Origin: Pseudoalteromonas translucida KMM 520
GTDB taxonomy: Bacteria; Pseudomonadota; Gammaproteobacteria; Enterobacterales; Alteromonadaceae
DNA length: 32,000 nucleotides
NCBI RefSeq assembly: GCF_001465295.1
Contig: NZ_CP011034.1
Location: forward strand, 120,001-152,000
Direction of reading: 5' to 3'
How positions within the stretch are numbered: the stretch's first letter is position 1; every line of letters begins with the position of its first letter. Both the position numbers and the translations under genes were made by a program. Below the pieces are notes generated by a model. It had not been told where the DNA came from. It saw only the letters and a program-made list of their open reading frames with translations, and did not search any database. Below are positions 29,819 to 32,000 of the stretch, piece by piece.

Positions 29819-30850
29819 CTATTCAAGCTCTTTAAGTTTGTGTTTCACAAGAGGGTCGTTTGGCGCTAATTGCTTGGCGACTTCGAGTAATTGGATGGCA
29901 TCATCGGGGTGCTGCTCTTGATGTTTAAGCGCTACATCAATCAGTGGCTGAATATCAATACTGGCTTGATGCTCCTGTACATGAGCTGCTTTTTCGTCTA
30001 TCAAAATATTATGTGCAGTACTTAGTAGCTCTAGGCGATGCGCCGATTTCTTATTCGCTTTGTTGAGCCTTTTGTAATAGTCCTCTTTAAAGCGCAAGGT
30101 TTTAGTTTGCAGGCGAAATTGCGCAATATCAATTTGTTGATGGCGCATAAAATCCACAGCTACTTGCTTATAAAAACCAAACTTATTTAAGTAAGTAGCG
30201 TGAGTGCCGTGGCCCATACCAAATACCCGTAAATGGTTAAGTTGCTTATAGCGCTTGGCATGTAGTCGATCAATACGATTAGTGGGGTCGTAAATAATAT
30301 AGCCTTGGGCGTTGCCTAAATCTAAATCGGCATAACTGCCTTCCCAATCATATTGCTGAGCTATATCTGTGCTAGAGCGGTCGTCCCATGGCACTAAGCT
30401 TTTGTTTTTAGTGCTAACAGGGTGAAAAAACAATACCTGATCCAGCTGGAGTAATTTTGCAAAAGCACCAACCGCAAAGCCACCACGGCTTAAGCCATAA
30501 CCCAATCGACAATTAAACGGCGTAAGCAATGTTGATAATTGCTCGAGAAAGAATATTAAATTTCGATTACGGAACCAGTTACTCTTACCCAAATGCTGAA
30601 AAGCGATAACATTTACATTTTGTTTTTGTGCTAGGTGATAACCCCAAGGGGCGAAGTCTGCGTGAAGATCTTGCTCCTGCACATTAGTACCAGCAGGCGA
30701 AAAGGTAAATAATAGAGGCTTAGTAATATCAATAAAGTCGTACTTAACATATACATCGCCAAGTAAATCTCCCCCAGACATTGGCAGTTTGGCTTGCTGC
30801 TCATCGCCCGAAAGGGTTAACCACTCATCTAACCAATACAGTAACTTCAT
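29819..30850 (-). CDS. Uncharacterised protein with an alpha/beta-hydrolase-like N-terminal domain and a helical C-terminal tail
   Basis: 343 aa with a strong GGAGGAAAAATG Shine-Dalgarno. A candidate nucleophile elbow (GYGLSRGG, GxSxG-like) follows a beta-strand. Later acidic (IIYDPTNRID) and His (FGMGHGTH) positions lie in an order compatible with a Ser-Asp-His triad. I recognise no named family. Confidence 0.45.
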   Translation of the reverse strand: MKLLYWLDEWLTLSGDEQQAKLPMSGGDLLGDVYVKYDFIDITKPLLFTFSPAGTNVQEQDLHADFAPWGYHLAQKQNVNVIAFQHLGKSNWFRNRNLIFFLEQLSTLLTPFNCRLGYGLSRGGFAVGAFAKLLQLDQVLFFHPVSTKNKSLVPWDDRSSTDIAQQYDWEGSYADLDLGNAQGYIIYDPTNRIDRLHAKRYKQLNHLRVFGMGHGTHATYLNKFGFYKQVAVDFMRHQQIDIAQFRLQTKTLRFKEDYYKRLNKANKKSAHRLELLSTAHNILIDEKAAHVQEHQASIDIQPLIDVALKHQEQHPDDAIQLLEVAKQLAPNDPLVKHKLKELE

Positions 30851-31023
30851 TTTTCCTCCACAAAAACAAGCGGCGAATTATAGCAAATTCTCATGGATAA
30901 GAAAAACCAACATACTTTTGTAGTAGTGTCATAGAGTTATATCTGTTGCACAGTGAATTGCTTTATTTATAAATTTACCGCTGATTTTAAATAACTAGAG
31001 TTCAAGTTAAGTAATAAAAGATT

Positions 31024-31485
31024 TTACTCCTCAGCCATGCAGGTAATTACTTGCCAGTCATTTTGGGTTACGGGCATTATTGATAACCGCCCGCCTTTTT
31101 TAAGCGCTATGTCGGTGATGCGAGGGTTAGCTTTTATTTCTTTTAAGCTAACCAGAGAGTTTAAATGAGATTGATAAGTTACTTCTACCACTACCCAGCG
31201 AGGGTTGTCGCTGGTGGCTTTAGCATCATAATAATCACTACTTAAATCAAACTGGGTTGGATCTGGGTAAGCCGCTTTTGTTACTACAGCAATACCTACT
31301 ACGCCTACGAGCTTACAGCTAGAATGGTAAATCATTACTAGGTCACCTTCTTTTACCTCATCGCGCATAAAGTTACGTGCTTGGTAATTGCGTACCCCTT
31401 CCCAAATTGTAGTGTGATTTTGTGCATTTTTAAGATCGTCAATCGAAAATGCATCGGGTTCAGTTTTAAATAGCCAATACGCCAT
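31024..31485 (-). CDS. EVE domain (PUA-like, DUF55) protein
   Basis: 153 aa. MAYWLFKTEPDAFSIDDL...WEGVRNYQARNFMRDEVKEGDLVMIYHS is the characteristic EVE/THYN1-like N-terminal signature. Confidence 0.8.
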   Translation of the reverse strand: MAYWLFKTEPDAFSIDDLKNAQNHTTIWEGVRNYQARNFMRDEVKEGDLVMIYHSSCKLVGVVGIAVVTKAAYPDPTQFDLSSDYYDAKATSDNPRWVVVEVTYQSHLNSLVSLKEIKANPRITDIALKKGGRLSIMPVTQNDWQVITCMAEE

Positions 31486-31561
31486 ATCAGGACTCGTAGA
31501 ATGATTTACATCCTTCTATTGTATAGTATCATTTGGGTATTAGAGAATTGAGGAAGTAATA

Positions 31562-32000
31562 ATGAGCCAAGTATTAGATGATTTATTGTCGTTGTTAACA
31601 CTTGAAGAAATTGAGCAAGGTTTATATCGAGGGCAAAGCCAAGATTTAGGTTTTGGTGCTGTATTTGGCGGCCAAGTAATGGGCCAAGCGCTATCTGCGG
31701 CAAAAGAAACGCTACCAGAGGGGCGTATTGTACATTCACTCCACTCTTACTTTTTACGCCCAGGCGATGCCACTAAGCCTATTGTGTATGATGTAGAAGC
31801 TATTCGCGATGGTAAAAGCTTTAGTACTCGTCGGGTTAGTGCTATTCAGTACGGCAAGCCTATTTTTTACATGACAGCGTCTTTTCAAGGAGCTGAAGAA
31901 GGGCTATCGCATCAGGCGACTATGCCTGACGTCCCTTTACCTGAAGAGCTGCGTTCATCGTTAGAGTTTTATAAAGAAAACGCTGAGCAAATCCCCGCTG
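31562..32000 (+). CDS. tesB: Acyl-CoA thioesterase II, N-terminal 146 codons (runs off the right edge)
   Basis: My translation is [44 protein letters not shown]...[12 protein letters not shown]...[27 protein letters not shown]. It is near-collinear with E. coli TesB from memory and has a GAGGAAG Shine-Dalgarno upstream. It is not in the ORF track because it has no stop in this window. Confidence 0.85.
   Translation, partial: MSQVLDDLLSLLTLEEIEQGLYRGQSQDLGFGAVFGGQVMGQALSAAKETLPEGRIVHSLHSYFLRPGDATKPIVYDVEAIRDGKSFSTRRVSAIQYGKPIFYMTASFQGAEEGLSHQATMPDVPLPEELRSSLEFYKENAEQIPA

Overview
This window looks like ordinary core chromosome of a marine gammaproteobacterium. From memory, the 16S sequence and the gene order trxA / rhlB-gppA, nudE-cysQ and yicG-like-comM fit Pseudoalteromonas (Alteromonadales), but I could not run a search to confirm this. 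Contents, left to right: a partial trxA; rhlB-gppA; a complete rrn operon (16S-23S-5S, tandem P1/P2 promoters, boxA, no tRNA in the spacer); uvrD-tmcA on the minus strand behind a LexA (SOS) box; a small membrane protein; yacL; four nucleotide-hydrolase genes (dimeric dUTPase, yrfG, nudE, cysQ); three identical tandem initiator tRNA-fMet genes followed by an array of tRNA-fragment plus terminator repeats; a TRIC/UPF0126 channel; comM; an orphan OmpR-type response regulator; a secreted S9 peptidase; a CNNM/CBS protein; a REC-EAL protein; an M50 metalloprotease; atoE; a 2TM K+ channel with an overlapping small membrane ORF; an uncharacterised alpha/beta-hydrolase-like protein; an EVE-domain protein; and the start of tesB. 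I found no integrase, transposase, CRISPR array, toxin-antitoxin pair, restriction-modification genes or recognisable defence genes. I therefore do not claim a novel multi-gene system. The most unusual structure is the 137-bp tandem array (17166-17527) of degenerate tRNA-fMet 3' fragments, each with its own terminator. Weaker leads are the K+ channel plus coupled mini-protein, the possibly SOS-driven uvrD-tmcA pair, the hydrolase/EVE pair and the REC-EAL / M50 protease pair. Several ORF-track starts appear too long and are corrected below.
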